Shown here one piece after another: positions 8,268 through 17,291 of a stretch of DNA of 64,000 nucleotides. The number at the start of each line of letters is the position of its first letter. Position 1 is the stretch's first letter. A model generated the notes under the pieces. The model ran no database searches. It saw only the letters and a program-made list of their open reading frames with translations, and was not told the DNA's origin. The stretch spans positions 2,490,358-2,554,357 of the forward strand of contig CP070815.1 in NCBI GenBank assembly GCA_020344215.1, read 5' to 3'. Source of the stretch: Gemmatimonadota bacterium. Lineage in GTDB: Bacteria > Gemmatimonadota > Gemmatimonadetes > Palauibacterales > KS3-K002. Position numbers and translations under genes: made by a program.

Positions 8268-10691
8268 CTACTCATACTTGAGCGCCACGAGCGGTTCGAG
8301 CCGCGCGGCTCGCCGCGCCGGGATGTAGGCGGCCAGTGCGGCGGCCGCGATGAGTACTGCAGCGACTCCCAGGTAGACCGCCGGGTCGACCGTGCTGATG
8401 CCGTAGAGCAGGCTGCTGATCAAGCGCGTCAGCGCCAGCGAGGCTACGAGCCCGATGAGCACGCCGACGCTGACCAGCTTGAGCCCCCACCGCATACCCA
8501 ACCGCAACACCTCGACCCTTTCGGCGCCGAGCGCCAGGCGGATTCCCATCTCGTGCACGCGTCGGTTCAGCGAGTACGACATGACCCCATAGATCCCGAC
8601 CACGGCCAACACGACGGCGACGGCGGCGAAGAGAGCGAGCAATTGCACGGTGAACCGGCGCTGGCGTATCGAGTCGGAGAGGACTCCTTCCATCGTGTTC
8701 ACTTCGTAAACCGGCAGGTCGGGATCAACGGCGCCGACCTCGGCACGCACCGCGTCCAAAAGACTCGCGGGCTCGACCTCGGCACGCACGACGAGGGCCA
8801 TGAACGGCCACGAGTCCCAAGCGAAGGGAGCGTAAACCTCGGGTCGCGGTGGCCGGTCGTAGCCGAAGTGGCGGACATCCCCGACCACACCCACGATCTC
8901 CAGCGGGGTCTCGCCGAACAGAATCCGCCGCCCGACCGGATCGTCGCCGGGCCAGTGCCGGCGGGCGAACGTCTCGTTGATCACCGCGACGCCGCGGCCA
9001 TCGGCACCGTCCCGTTCGTCAAAAGTGCGCCCTTGCCGCAGCGGGATCCCCATCGTACGGAAATACGCAGGCGTGATCACCTGGTACTCGGTGGCGAGAT
9101 CGTCATCGGGATCCGCGGTCTGACCCTCGACGCCGTACCTCAAGGTCGCGGCCGTCCCGCTGAACGGTAGGGCCAAGACCATCGCCGCCGAGCTCACACC
9201 GGGCAGGCGGTCGACGCGCGCGATGACGTCCCGAACGAACGCCGCCTGCCGCTCCTCCTCTGCATATCGCGTGTCGGGCAGACTGAGTTGCATCACCAGG
9301 AGGTTCTGCGGCCGGAAACCGGGATCGACATCCTGCAAGCGAAGCAGGCTCTTCAGCAGGAGCCCCGTCCCGCAGAGCAGCACGAGAGCGAGCGCGACCT
9401 CGGCGACCACGAGCGACTCGCTCAACCGACGCCTCTGCCGCCCCTGGCTCGCAGCGCGGCCACCTTCCTTCAAGGTCTCGTGCAGATCGGGCTTGGATGC
9501 CTGCAACGCCGGGAGCAGCCCGAAGGCTCCACCTGTCAACAGCGAGACGAGCAGCGTGAAGAGGAGAGCGGTGCCGTGCACACCGATCTCGGAGAGCCGC
9601 GGGACGTCGCCGGGAGCTGCGCGCACGAGCGCTTCCACTCCCCAGACGGCGAGCAGGAGACCCAGGCCGCCGCCCAGCAAGCCGAGCACCAGGCTCTCGG
9701 TGAGCAGCTGGCGCAGCAGTCGCGTCCGCCTCGCACCCAGCGCGGCCCGCAGGGCAATCTCACGTTCGCGCGCGGTCGCGCGTGCCAGTAGAAGATTCGC
9801 GACGTTGGCGCAGGCGATCAGCAGCACGAACGCTACCGCCGCGAGCAGCAGTATCAGCGCGGGCCGAACATCACCGACCAGCTCGTCGTGGAGTGGCGTA
9901 GCCAGCAAAGGCTCGACATCGTCGCCACCTCCGACTTCGGCGAGCCGTACGGCGAGCAGGTCCATCTCCGCCCGCACCTGAGCGAGAGTCACCCCTTCGG
10001 CAACGCGTCCAACGACGGTGAAGTAGCCAAGGTCGCGCACGACGCTCAGATCCTCGCCCAGATCGATCGGCGGCTCCGGCACACCGTATCGATACGAGCG
10101 TACCCACAGTTCAGCGGTCTCCGGGTACTTGAACGCGGCGGGTGCGACGCCGACCACCGTGTGCGGCTCACCGTTTAGGTTCAGCACAGTGCCGACGACG
10201 GCGGGGTCTCCCCCGAACCGGCTCTGCCAGGCGCGGTAGCTGAGCACGACGTTCCGGGCTCCCGCCGCAGCGTCGCCCTCCGGGTAAAAGAAGCGACCGA
10301 GGACAGGCTCGACCCCCAACACACGGAAGAAGTTGGGTGAGACGCTCTGGCCGCGGATCCGCTCAGGTGTACCGAGACCGGTAAGGCTGAAGTTGGTGCC
10401 CCTGTGCCCGGCGAACTCATCCACGGTCTGACTCCATTCGCGCAGGTCCAGGTAGTCCGCCGGAGAGAATGAGGAGAAGTACTCGCCGTGCGCCTCCGCC
10501 TGCTGCAGAACGACAAGTTGCGCCGGGTTCGCGTACGGTAGCGACCGCAAGACGACCGAATAAAGAACGCTGAAGATGGCTGTGTTGCCACCTATCCCCA
10601 GCGCCAGGCAGAGCAGCGCGGCGACGGTAAGCGTCGGGCTTTTCGCGAGCGTGCGAACCGCGAAGCGGAGGTCCTGGCCGATTCCGTGCAT
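8268..10691 (-). CDS. ADOP-family ABC permease: an N-terminal MacB-like periplasmic domain plus two FtsX permease repeats
   Basis: The N-terminus reads MHGIGQDLRFAVRTLAKSPTLTVAALLCLALGIGGNTAIFSV. Length is 807 aa with duplicated 4-TM blocks. Confidence 0.85.
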   Translation of the reverse strand: MHGIGQDLRFAVRTLAKSPTLTVAALLCLALGIGGNTAIFSVLYSVVLRSLPYANPAQLVVLQQAEAHGEYFSSFSPADYLDLREWSQTVDEFAGHRGTNFSLTGLGTPERIRGQSVSPNFFRVLGVEPVLGRFFYPEGDAAAGARNVVLSYRAWQSRFGGDPAVVGTVLNLNGEPHTVVGVAPAAFKYPETAELWVRSYRYGVPEPPIDLGEDLSVVRDLGYFTVVGRVAEGVTLAQVRAEMDLLAVRLAEVGGGDDVEPLLATPLHDELVGDVRPALILLLAAVAFVLLIACANVANLLLARATAREREIALRAALGARRTRLLRQLLTESLVLGLLGGGLGLLLAVWGVEALVRAAPGDVPRLSEIGVHGTALLFTLLVSLLTGGAFGLLPALQASKPDLHETLKEGGRAASQGRQRRRLSESLVVAEVALALVLLCGTGLLLKSLLRLQDVDPGFRPQNLLVMQLSLPDTRYAEEERQAAFVRDVIARVDRLPGVSSAAMVLALPFSGTAATLRYGVEGQTADPDDDLATEYQVITPAYFRTMGIPLRQGRTFDERDGADGRGVAVINETFARRHWPGDDPVGRRILFGETPLEIVGVVGDVRHFGYDRPPRPEVYAPFAWDSWPFMALVVRAEVEPASLLDAVRAEVGAVDPDLPVYEVNTMEGVLSDSIRQRRFTVQLLALFAAVAVVLAVVGIYGVMSYSLNRRVHEMGIRLALGAERVEVLRLGMRWGLKLVSVGVLIGLVASLALTRLISSLLYGISTVDPAVYLGVAAVLIAAAALAAYIPARRAARLEPLVALKYE

Positions 10692-10700
10692 GGCGGCGTC

Positions 10701-13160
10701 CTATTCTTCCCGGAGCGCGATCACCGAGTCGATGCGCAGGGCACGCAGCGCCGGCACGTAACAGGCGACGAGCGCCGCAGCCGCCAGCAAGATCGCCACG
10801 CCGACGTAAGTCAGCGGATCGGTGGACGCGATCCCGAACAGCAGACTGGAGAGCAGCCGAGAGAGTCCCAATGCCGCGACCAACCCGAGTGCGATTCCGA
10901 TCATCGCGGGGGGCATCCCCTGCCGGACGATCTGCCTGATGACCTGCTCGTGGGTCGCCCCCATGGCGACGCGGACGCCGATCTCGGAGGTGCGGCGCGT
11001 GACCGAGTACGACTGGACGCCGTAGATCCCGGCGAGTGCCAAGACGATGGCCACGCCGGCGAAGACGGCCAGTGTGAATACATAGAAGCAGCGGCTCGCC
11101 ACGGAATCGCTGACGATCTCGTCCAACGTCTGGACGTTGGAGACCGGCAGCGTCGGATCGATGTCGGCGAGGATGGAGCGTACCGTGGTCAGGTTCGCCA
11201 TCGGATCGCCAGCAGTATGGACGACAAACTCCATCGGTGACCGGCCGGTGCCATAGTAGGGGAGGTAGACGGTCAGTGTAGGATCGTTGTCGAGCCCCCG
11301 CTCGCGCTGGTTCTCGACCACGCCGACGAGCTCGGCGACGAAGTCCTCCTGGCCGCGCCAGAGAATGACCTGCCGGCCGACTGGGTCCTCGCCGGGGAAC
11401 AGCTGCTCGGCCAGACGCTCGCTGATGATCGCCACCCACGGGTCGCCGATTTTGTCGCGCTCGGTGAAGGTCCTGCCCCTGAGGAGCTGGACGCCCATGA
11501 CGCGGAAGTAGTCACGGGTGACCAACCGCCAGCCCGCCCAAGGAACAACGTCTCCGGGCTCCTCCGGCCGACCGGCGGCGACGATTCCCATGCCCGTGTT
11601 GCCGCCGACGATCGGGCGCGAGTTCACGGCGGCGGAAAGCACACCCGGCATCGCGTTCAAGCGCTCGAGGAACAGGTCGCGAATCTCACCTCTGTGCGCT
11701 CTCTCGTATGACCCGGGCATGTTGACGGTGAAGACCAGGCGGTTCTCCGAATGGAAACCGCGATCGACTGTCAGCACCTCGAAGAAGCTACGGATGAGAA
11801 GGCCGGCGCCGATGAGCAGCATCAGGGAGAGGGCGACCTCTGCCGCCACCAGGGCGCCGCGCAGCCAGTTCTGGGTGCGGCTTCCCAACGCGCCGCGGCT
11901 GCCTTCCCGCAGCGCCGTATGGAAGTCGGTGCGCGGCAGCTGGGTCGCCGGGACGATACCCGACAAGACGCCGGTCAGCAGTCCAATCGCGATCGTGAAA
12001 CCGAGCACCCAGCCGTTGATCGCCACCTGGCCGGCGCGCGGAATCCCGCCCGGCTCGAGAGACCTGAACAGGTCGACACCCCAATACGCCAGCAGCAGCC
12101 CGGCGGCGGCGCCCAAAAGGCTCAGTACCAGCGACTCGGTGAGCATCTGACGGGCGATCCGCCGCCGATCGGCGCCCAGCGCGGCGCGAACCGCCGTCTC
12201 TCTCATCCGGCCCGTAGCGTTGGCCAGCAGCATGTTGGCCAGGTTCACGCAGGCGATCAGCAGCAGGAAACCCACCGCGCCCAGCAGGATCCAGAGCGCG
12301 CGCCTCAAGTCGGCGCCGGCCAGCCAGCTGCTCGCCGCCGGTTCGACGGTCACACCGATCCCTGCGTTAGCGTCGGGGTACATCTCCTCCAACCGCCGAG
12401 CGACGGCCCCGAGATCGGCGCGCGCTGCCTCGATCGAAACTCCAGGGGCGAGGCGGCCGATGACGCTCAGGTAGAAGCCGACGCGATCTTCATCCGGGTC
12501 ACGGACGAAGGGAACGAACACTTCCCTCGCATCGAGCCACGGTTCGCCCGCCGGTAACACACCGACCACCGTAAAGCTCTGTCCGTCGAGGGTCAGCGAG
12601 GTGCCGATGACCGCGGTATCGGCGGCGAAGCGGGTCCGCCAGTACTCGTACGACAGGAGCACGACCCCGCTCGCGCCGCCAGGCTCGTCCTCGCCGGGCA
12701 GGAACGTGCGGCCCAGCAGCGGCTGCACTCGCAGAATGCGGAAGAACCCGGCCGAGATGAGGCCCGTGCTCACCTGCTCAGGATAGCCGAACCCAGTGAG
12801 ATTGCGGCTCGTGTAGAACAGGGCCCCGAGATCCTCGAAGCTGCCGTTCTGCTCCCGGAAGTCCCAGAAGTTGGCAGGGTTCATCCCGGCGCGTGTCCAA
12901 CCGCGCTCGACCCGCGACTCCCACACGTGAACCAGGCGATCCGGGTCCTCGAACGGCAGCGGCGCCAGCAGCACCGACTGGACCACGCTGAAGATCGCGG
13001 TGGTCGCCCCGATGCCGAGGCCGAGTGTCACGAGTGCGACCGTGGTGAAACCGGGATGCTTGCGGAGCGAACGGAGCGCGTAGCGTACGTCCTGGACGAT
13101 CGATCCCATGAGCTGCCCGCTTTTCGGCGGAACGGTTGCGCGCACTGAACCAGTCATCAT
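10701..13160 (-). CDS. ADOP-family ABC permease (a paralogue of the upstream gene)
   Basis: The segment IVQDVRYALRSLRKHPGFTTVALVTLGLGIGATTAIFSV matches the ADOP N-terminus. Length is 819 aa. The start may instead be the internal Met at 13109. Confidence 0.85.
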   Translation of the reverse strand: MMTGSVRATVPPKSGQLMGSIVQDVRYALRSLRKHPGFTTVALVTLGLGIGATTAIFSVVQSVLLAPLPFEDPDRLVHVWESRVERGWTRAGMNPANFWDFREQNGSFEDLGALFYTSRNLTGFGYPEQVSTGLISAGFFRILRVQPLLGRTFLPGEDEPGGASGVVLLSYEYWRTRFAADTAVIGTSLTLDGQSFTVVGVLPAGEPWLDAREVFVPFVRDPDEDRVGFYLSVIGRLAPGVSIEAARADLGAVARRLEEMYPDANAGIGVTVEPAASSWLAGADLRRALWILLGAVGFLLLIACVNLANMLLANATGRMRETAVRAALGADRRRIARQMLTESLVLSLLGAAAGLLLAYWGVDLFRSLEPGGIPRAGQVAINGWVLGFTIAIGLLTGVLSGIVPATQLPRTDFHTALREGSRGALGSRTQNWLRGALVAAEVALSLMLLIGAGLLIRSFFEVLTVDRGFHSENRLVFTVNMPGSYERAHRGEIRDLFLERLNAMPGVLSAAVNSRPIVGGNTGMGIVAAGRPEEPGDVVPWAGWRLVTRDYFRVMGVQLLRGRTFTERDKIGDPWVAIISERLAEQLFPGEDPVGRQVILWRGQEDFVAELVGVVENQRERGLDNDPTLTVYLPYYGTGRSPMEFVVHTAGDPMANLTTVRSILADIDPTLPVSNVQTLDEIVSDSVASRCFYVFTLAVFAGVAIVLALAGIYGVQSYSVTRRTSEIGVRVAMGATHEQVIRQIVRQGMPPAMIGIALGLVAALGLSRLLSSLLFGIASTDPLTYVGVAILLAAAALVACYVPALRALRIDSVIALREE

Positions 13161-13311
13161 CGGAGCAAGTAAGATGCCACCGGTCTCAACTCATAGTGCC
13201 TTTCTTTGCAGCAGTTTAGCAAAAGGGACCGGACAAAGCGTCGCCCCACTGTCCGCATGCGGCACGGGGCTGTCCGGATGCGAACGGCGCCGGACCGCAG
13301 CGCGAGTGGAA

Positions 13312-14757
13312 CTAGGGTTCGAGGGAGACGGCGCGGAAGCGGACGTCGGGGTCGGGCCGGCCGCGGGAGAAGCGCGGTGCCTTCAAGATCCGGCGATTGT
13401 CGCCCCAGGTCAGGTAGAAGCCCTCTTCGTCGACCGTGCCGTCGTTGTAGTCCCCCATGTAGCAGCTCTTGACCAGCGGGTCGAAGTTCGGATTGAGCGG
13501 CGGCACGTCGAACGACTCGGCGGTGACCCGCTGGTTGACCCAGCTGCGGCCGCCGTCGGTGGAGACGGCGCGGTAGACATCGATCTTCAGATTGGCGGAG
13601 TCGTGCCGGCGGTCGTAGAAGAAGACGCTCACCTGGCCACCCGGCCCCACATCGAGAACCGGCATGAAGTTGTCGTTGCGGGTCTCGTCACCGTTCGCCT
13701 TCACGGCGCGCCCCTTGACGATGTTGACGGGCTCGCTCCAGGAGGCGCCGCCGTCCGTCGAGCGCACCACGAAGACGTCGGAGGCATCACCCCGCCCCTG
13801 GCGACCGGGATCGGCGGCGAAGGCGATGTAGATGTCGCCGCTCCTCCGATCGACATCGATGCTGGGGAACTCGTTCACGCGAATGAAGCCCTTGAGCGCC
13901 GGTCGGTAGCAGGCAGACGTGGCGGACCGGTCGGCGATCCGCGCGAACGTGGCGGCGGCGTACTCCGTCCCCCACGTCTCACCGCCGTCGGTCGAACGCC
14001 GCACCCTGATGCGACCGCCCGTCATACCCGAGCGGTCTTCCCAGGCCACGTGCAGCTCGCCGCGTCTCCCCACCACCGGCATCGCACCCTGAACCTCGCG
14101 GCCGGAGGACAGCCGTTCAGCCCTCGAGTACGTCCTGCCGCCGTCGCTGGACCGGGAGAAGAGGATGCGCGCGGGACCGCGAGGCGGGAACTCGGTCCAG
14201 ACGAGGTAGACGTTCCCGTCGTAACGGCCACCGGTGGCATCGACCGCTATGAGTTCCTTGTCCTGGAAGCCGTTGGGCTCGAGGCCCGGGATCAAGACGG
14301 GCTCGCTGAAGGTCACCGCGCCCTTCGTCTCCGTCGACTTGGCGACGCCAACGTACGAGCGCGCCCGGGCGTCCAGCGCCAGAGTGGCGAAGTAGAAGTT
14401 GCCGTCCCGGTCAACGGCGAGCGCCGCGTCTCCCAGGTTGCGGCCACCCTTCGCCGGCGCCAGCACCCCGGCATCGCTGAACGTCGCCCCACCATCCAGG
14501 GAATAAGCGTAGCCCGTCATGCTGTTGCGACGCGTGAACTCACCGGAATCGTTGAAGCCGACGACCACCACGTCGCCGTGCCGGGCCACCGTGGTCTCGC
14601 TCTGGGTCGTGTTGTTGCCGCGATCAACCGACGGGTCGTTGACCAGTATGTCGTCGGCTGCCCCGAACCGCCCGCCATCCTCACCGCAGGTCACGAGCAA
14701 TCCGATCAAGACGAAAGCGCCGACCCTCCTGATCGCCGTCCTCACCCTTCTCGTCAT
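13312..14757 (-). CDS. BNR/Asp-box repeat lipoprotein (sialidase-like glycosyl-hydrolase fold)
   Basis: Four S/T-x-D-G-G-x-T/S-W/Y Asp-boxes are present: SDGGRTYS, STDGGETWG, STDGGASWS and STDGGRSWV. The lipobox is LLVTCG. The ORF-track N-extension (SYSYSSSSS) comes from reading through a repeat element. Confidence 0.65.
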   Translation of the reverse strand: MTRRVRTAIRRVGAFVLIGLLVTCGEDGGRFGAADDILVNDPSVDRGNNTTQSETTVARHGDVVVVGFNDSGEFTRRNSMTGYAYSLDGGATFSDAGVLAPAKGGRNLGDAALAVDRDGNFYFATLALDARARSYVGVAKSTETKGAVTFSEPVLIPGLEPNGFQDKELIAVDATGGRYDGNVYLVWTEFPPRGPARILFSRSSDGGRTYSRAERLSSGREVQGAMPVVGRRGELHVAWEDRSGMTGGRIRVRRSTDGGETWGTEYAAATFARIADRSATSACYRPALKGFIRVNEFPSIDVDRRSGDIYIAFAADPGRQGRGDASDVFVVRSTDGGASWSEPVNIVKGRAVKANGDETRNDNFMPVLDVGPGGQVSVFFYDRRHDSANLKIDVYRAVSTDGGRSWVNQRVTAESFDVPPLNPNFDPLVKSCYMGDYNDGTVDEEGFYLTWGDNRRILKAPRFSRGRPDPDVRFRAVSLEP

Positions 14758-14815
14758 CACGCTCGACGAGGATGAGTACGAGTACGAGGCTGACGATGAC
14801 GGAGACGGGGATCGA
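14740..14815. repeat. Copy R1, a degenerate member of the hexamer-repeat hairpin family (contains GAGTACGAGTACGAGG)
   Basis: It shares an ACGAGT hexamer tract with the copies at 24.85, 28.4, 49.4 and 57.6 kb. The arms ctcgtcatc and gatgacgga are partly complementary. Confidence 0.4.
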
Positions 14816-14832
14816 GGTTCGGGTCGCATCGA

Positions 14833-15348
14833 TCAACCCCCTAGGCGACGGGTCAGCGACTGGAGAACCGAGTTCTCCAGCGTTCCGTTGGAAGGGAGCG
14901 GCCGGCCGCCCAGCGGGCCCTCACCGCCGCGGACGGTGGCGATGATCGTCGGCGTCACCTCGACGCGAAGACCGCCGTCCGCCGCCGGCTTGAGGGTGAG
15001 CTCGAGCACGTAGCGTCCCCCCTCCTCACCGATGAAGTGCCTGTACTCCTCCGGTACCAGGCGCGCCAGCTCATCGGTGGCAAGTGCAACAGATTGGCTG
15101 TTCAGGAAAGCTTCCTGTTGGGTGGCAAACGCATCGACCAGGCTCGTGCCCAGCTCGGCGGCCACGTCGGCCGACAGCGCGTCGCTCTCGACCAGCACGG
15201 CGGTCAGCGCGTCGACGACCTGGCCCGGGCTCTGCGTGAAGACGGCGAAGTTCTGGAAATCAGTCATCTGGCCATCCGTCTCGTAGGAACAGGCGAGCGC
15301 CAGGGCGGCGAGTGCCGGAACGAGGCGCCTGAGTAGGGTAGCGGACAT
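14833..15348 (-). CDS. Hypothetical lipoprotein
   Basis: The signal and lipobox read LAALALACS. No family was recognised. Confidence 0.45.
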   Translation of the reverse strand: MSATLLRRLVPALAALALACSYETDGQMTDFQNFAVFTQSPGQVVDALTAVLVESDALSADVAAELGTSLVDAFATQQEAFLNSQSVALATDELARLVPEEYRHFIGEEGGRYVLELTLKPAADGGLRVEVTPTIIATVRGGEGPLGGRPLPSNGTLENSVLQSLTRRLGG

Positions 15349-15554
15349 GAATGACCGGCCTCCTGCTGGCGGTCTCGGAGGCGGCCGGGCGGCCCTCGAC
15401 AGCTACCCGGCAGTCCCCAGAGAAAAGCGTGCTTACTGGCGTCTCGTAAAGATAATACGATTCCCCGGCAGGGTGGGTTTCGGGCTGTTGGGAACCGCCT
15501 CAGGGCCCTAGTTTGCGACAGTCACCAAGCACCCCAGTACCGAGGAGCTGTCCG

Positions 15555-16502
15555 ATGCTCTGGCTTCTGCTGATTCCCGGCGTTCTTCTGCTAACGGCTC
15601 TCACGCTATTCACGCTGTGGATGGTCGGCGAGCGCGGGCACCTGATGCTCCCATCGACCCGGGCGCAAATGATGAGGTCCGGTGGCTCGTCGGGATCCGG
15701 CGGCAACGGGCATCGGGCTGGGTTGGCCAACGCTCTGCACGGCTACGTCTATGGGCGCTGGCCCTACCAGTACATCAAGATCGCGATCCGCTGGCTGCTC
15801 CCGTACATGTCACCGGAGCAGAAGCGCTGGTGGGCCGATCGCTATCACGGCAAGGTCCTGCCAACGGAGCTGGCGCGCCGGGTCATCAACCTGGACCACG
15901 ACATCAAGCGGACCGACCTCGAGCGGATCATCCCCTACCCGATGGCGCGGGACATCGTGCTCAAGGGCCCGCCCGGCGTGGTCCTGCTCGATTGCCCCTG
16001 TCGCGATGCGCGAGAGGACCCCTGCCAACCGACCGACGTCTGCATGATCGTCGGTAACGGCAGCTTCGTGCTCGAGCACCACCCAAACCGATCGCGGCGT
16101 ATCACGCAGCAGGAGGCGCTCGATCTGCTGCAGGCGGAGCACGAGCGCGGGCACATCCACACGGCCTACTTCAAGGACGCGATGGACAATCGCTTTTACG
16201 CGATCTGCAACTGCTGCTCCTGCTGCTGCGGCGGGCTCGAGGCGATGAGGAGGGGCGTCCCGATGGTCGCATCGTCGGGTTACGTGGCCCAGGTGGACGA
16301 GGAAGCGTGCATAGCCTGCGGAGACTGCGAGGTCGCGTGTCCCTTCGGCGCGCTAACGCTGAACGATACCGCCGAGGTGAGCTGGGAGAAGTGCATGGGC
16401 TGCGGTGTTTGCGAGGGTCAGTGTGAGACGGAGGCGATGCACCTGGTGCTCGACGAGCGCAAGGGCGTGCCGATGGATGTGCAGGCGATTGGAGTACGGT
16501 AG
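15555..16502 (+). CDS. Membrane-anchored 4Fe-4S ferredoxin-domain protein with an extra poly-Cys cluster
   Basis: GAGGAG lies 8 nt upstream of the ATG. An N-terminal TM helix is present. Two ferredoxin motifs CIACGDCEVACP and CMGCGVCEGQC are present, plus an unusual CNCCSCCCGG cluster. The ORF track places the start at 15513. Confidence 0.6.
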   Translation: MLWLLLIPGVLLLTALTLFTLWMVGERGHLMLPSTRAQMMRSGGSSGSGGNGHRAGLANALHGYVYGRWPYQYIKIAIRWLLPYMSPEQKRWWADRYHGKVLPTELARRVINLDHDIKRTDLERIIPYPMARDIVLKGPPGVVLLDCPCRDAREDPCQPTDVCMIVGNGSFVLEHHPNRSRRITQQEALDLLQAEHERGHIHTAYFKDAMDNRFYAICNCCSCCCGGLEAMRRGVPMVASSGYVAQVDEEACIACGDCEVACPFGALTLNDTAEVSWEKCMGCGVCEGQCETEAMHLVLDERKGVPMDVQAIGVR

Positions 16503-16618
16503 TCAGTGGTCGGTAATCAGTAGTCAGTAGTCAGTAGTCAGTAGTCAGTGACTGCCGACGACCGACGACCGATGACCGACCACCGACGACCGACTACCGA
16601 TTACTGATTACCGATTGC
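16500..16618. repeat. Inverted pair of heptamer tandem arrays: (AGTAGTC)n followed by (GACGACC/GATTACC)n, forming an imperfect hairpin of about 120 nt
   Basis: Period-7 tandem units are visible. The left block gtcggtaatcagta is nearly the reverse complement of the right block taccgattactgat. Confidence 0.6.
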
Positions 16619-16646
16619 TTCCACCCGCAAACCGAGCGCTCGAACC

Positions 16647-17273
16647 ATGACGGAACTTGAAGGTCTCTCCCAAGGCGACCTCTTCGCGCCGCCCGACCCG
16701 ATCCTGACGTGCACGACCCTGGATGAGCTGCACGGCCTGATCCGCGACTGCGTGAAGTGTGACGAGCTCGCCGAGTACCGCACCCAGGCCGTGCCCGGCG
16801 TGGGTCCTGCGAACGCCCGCGTCTTCTTCATCGGCGAGGCGCCGGGCCGCTGGGAGGATGAGCAAGGTGAGCCGTTCGTCGGCGACGCCGGCGCCTACCT
16901 GACCGAGCTGCTGGAGAAGATCGGGCTCAACCGGTCCGAGGTCTTCATCAGCAACATCCTGAAGTGCCGGCCACCGGACAATCGGAACCCGAAGACACAG
17001 GAGATGGACGCCTGCGCGCCCTACCTGGAACGGCAAATCGAGCTTATCGGGCCCGCCCTCGTCGTGCTACTGGGACGGGTGGCGCTGGAACGCTTCTTCC
17101 CGAAGGAGAAGATCACCGAGGCCGCCACGAAGCCGCGCCGCAAGGCGATCGGCGGTCGCCAGATCACCTTCCTGCCTCTACTCCATCCGGCGTTCGGAAT
17201 ACGGCGGCAGGACCTGAAGCCCGAGATCGAGCAGCAGTTCTGGAAGATCAGGGAGCTGCTGGATCAGCTCTAG
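16647..17273 (+). CDS. Uracil-DNA glycosylase, family 4
   Basis: The family motif GEAPGRWEDEQGEPFVGDAG is present. Length is about 200 aa. Confidence 0.85.
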   Translation: MTELEGLSQGDLFAPPDPILTCTTLDELHGLIRDCVKCDELAEYRTQAVPGVGPANARVFFIGEAPGRWEDEQGEPFVGDAGAYLTELLEKIGLNRSEVFISNILKCRPPDNRNPKTQEMDACAPYLERQIELIGPALVVLLGRVALERFFPKEKITEAATKPRRKAIGGRQITFLPLLHPAFGIRRQDLKPEIEQQFWKIRELLDQL

Positions 17274-17291
17274 CTACCGCCGCCGCACCGC

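Noticed and set aside
16500-16618. Possible CRISPR array (short repeats of constant period)
   Set aside because: The units are contiguous 6-7-mers with no unique spacers of 25-40 nt and no cas genes. They are minisatellite/hairpin repeats.
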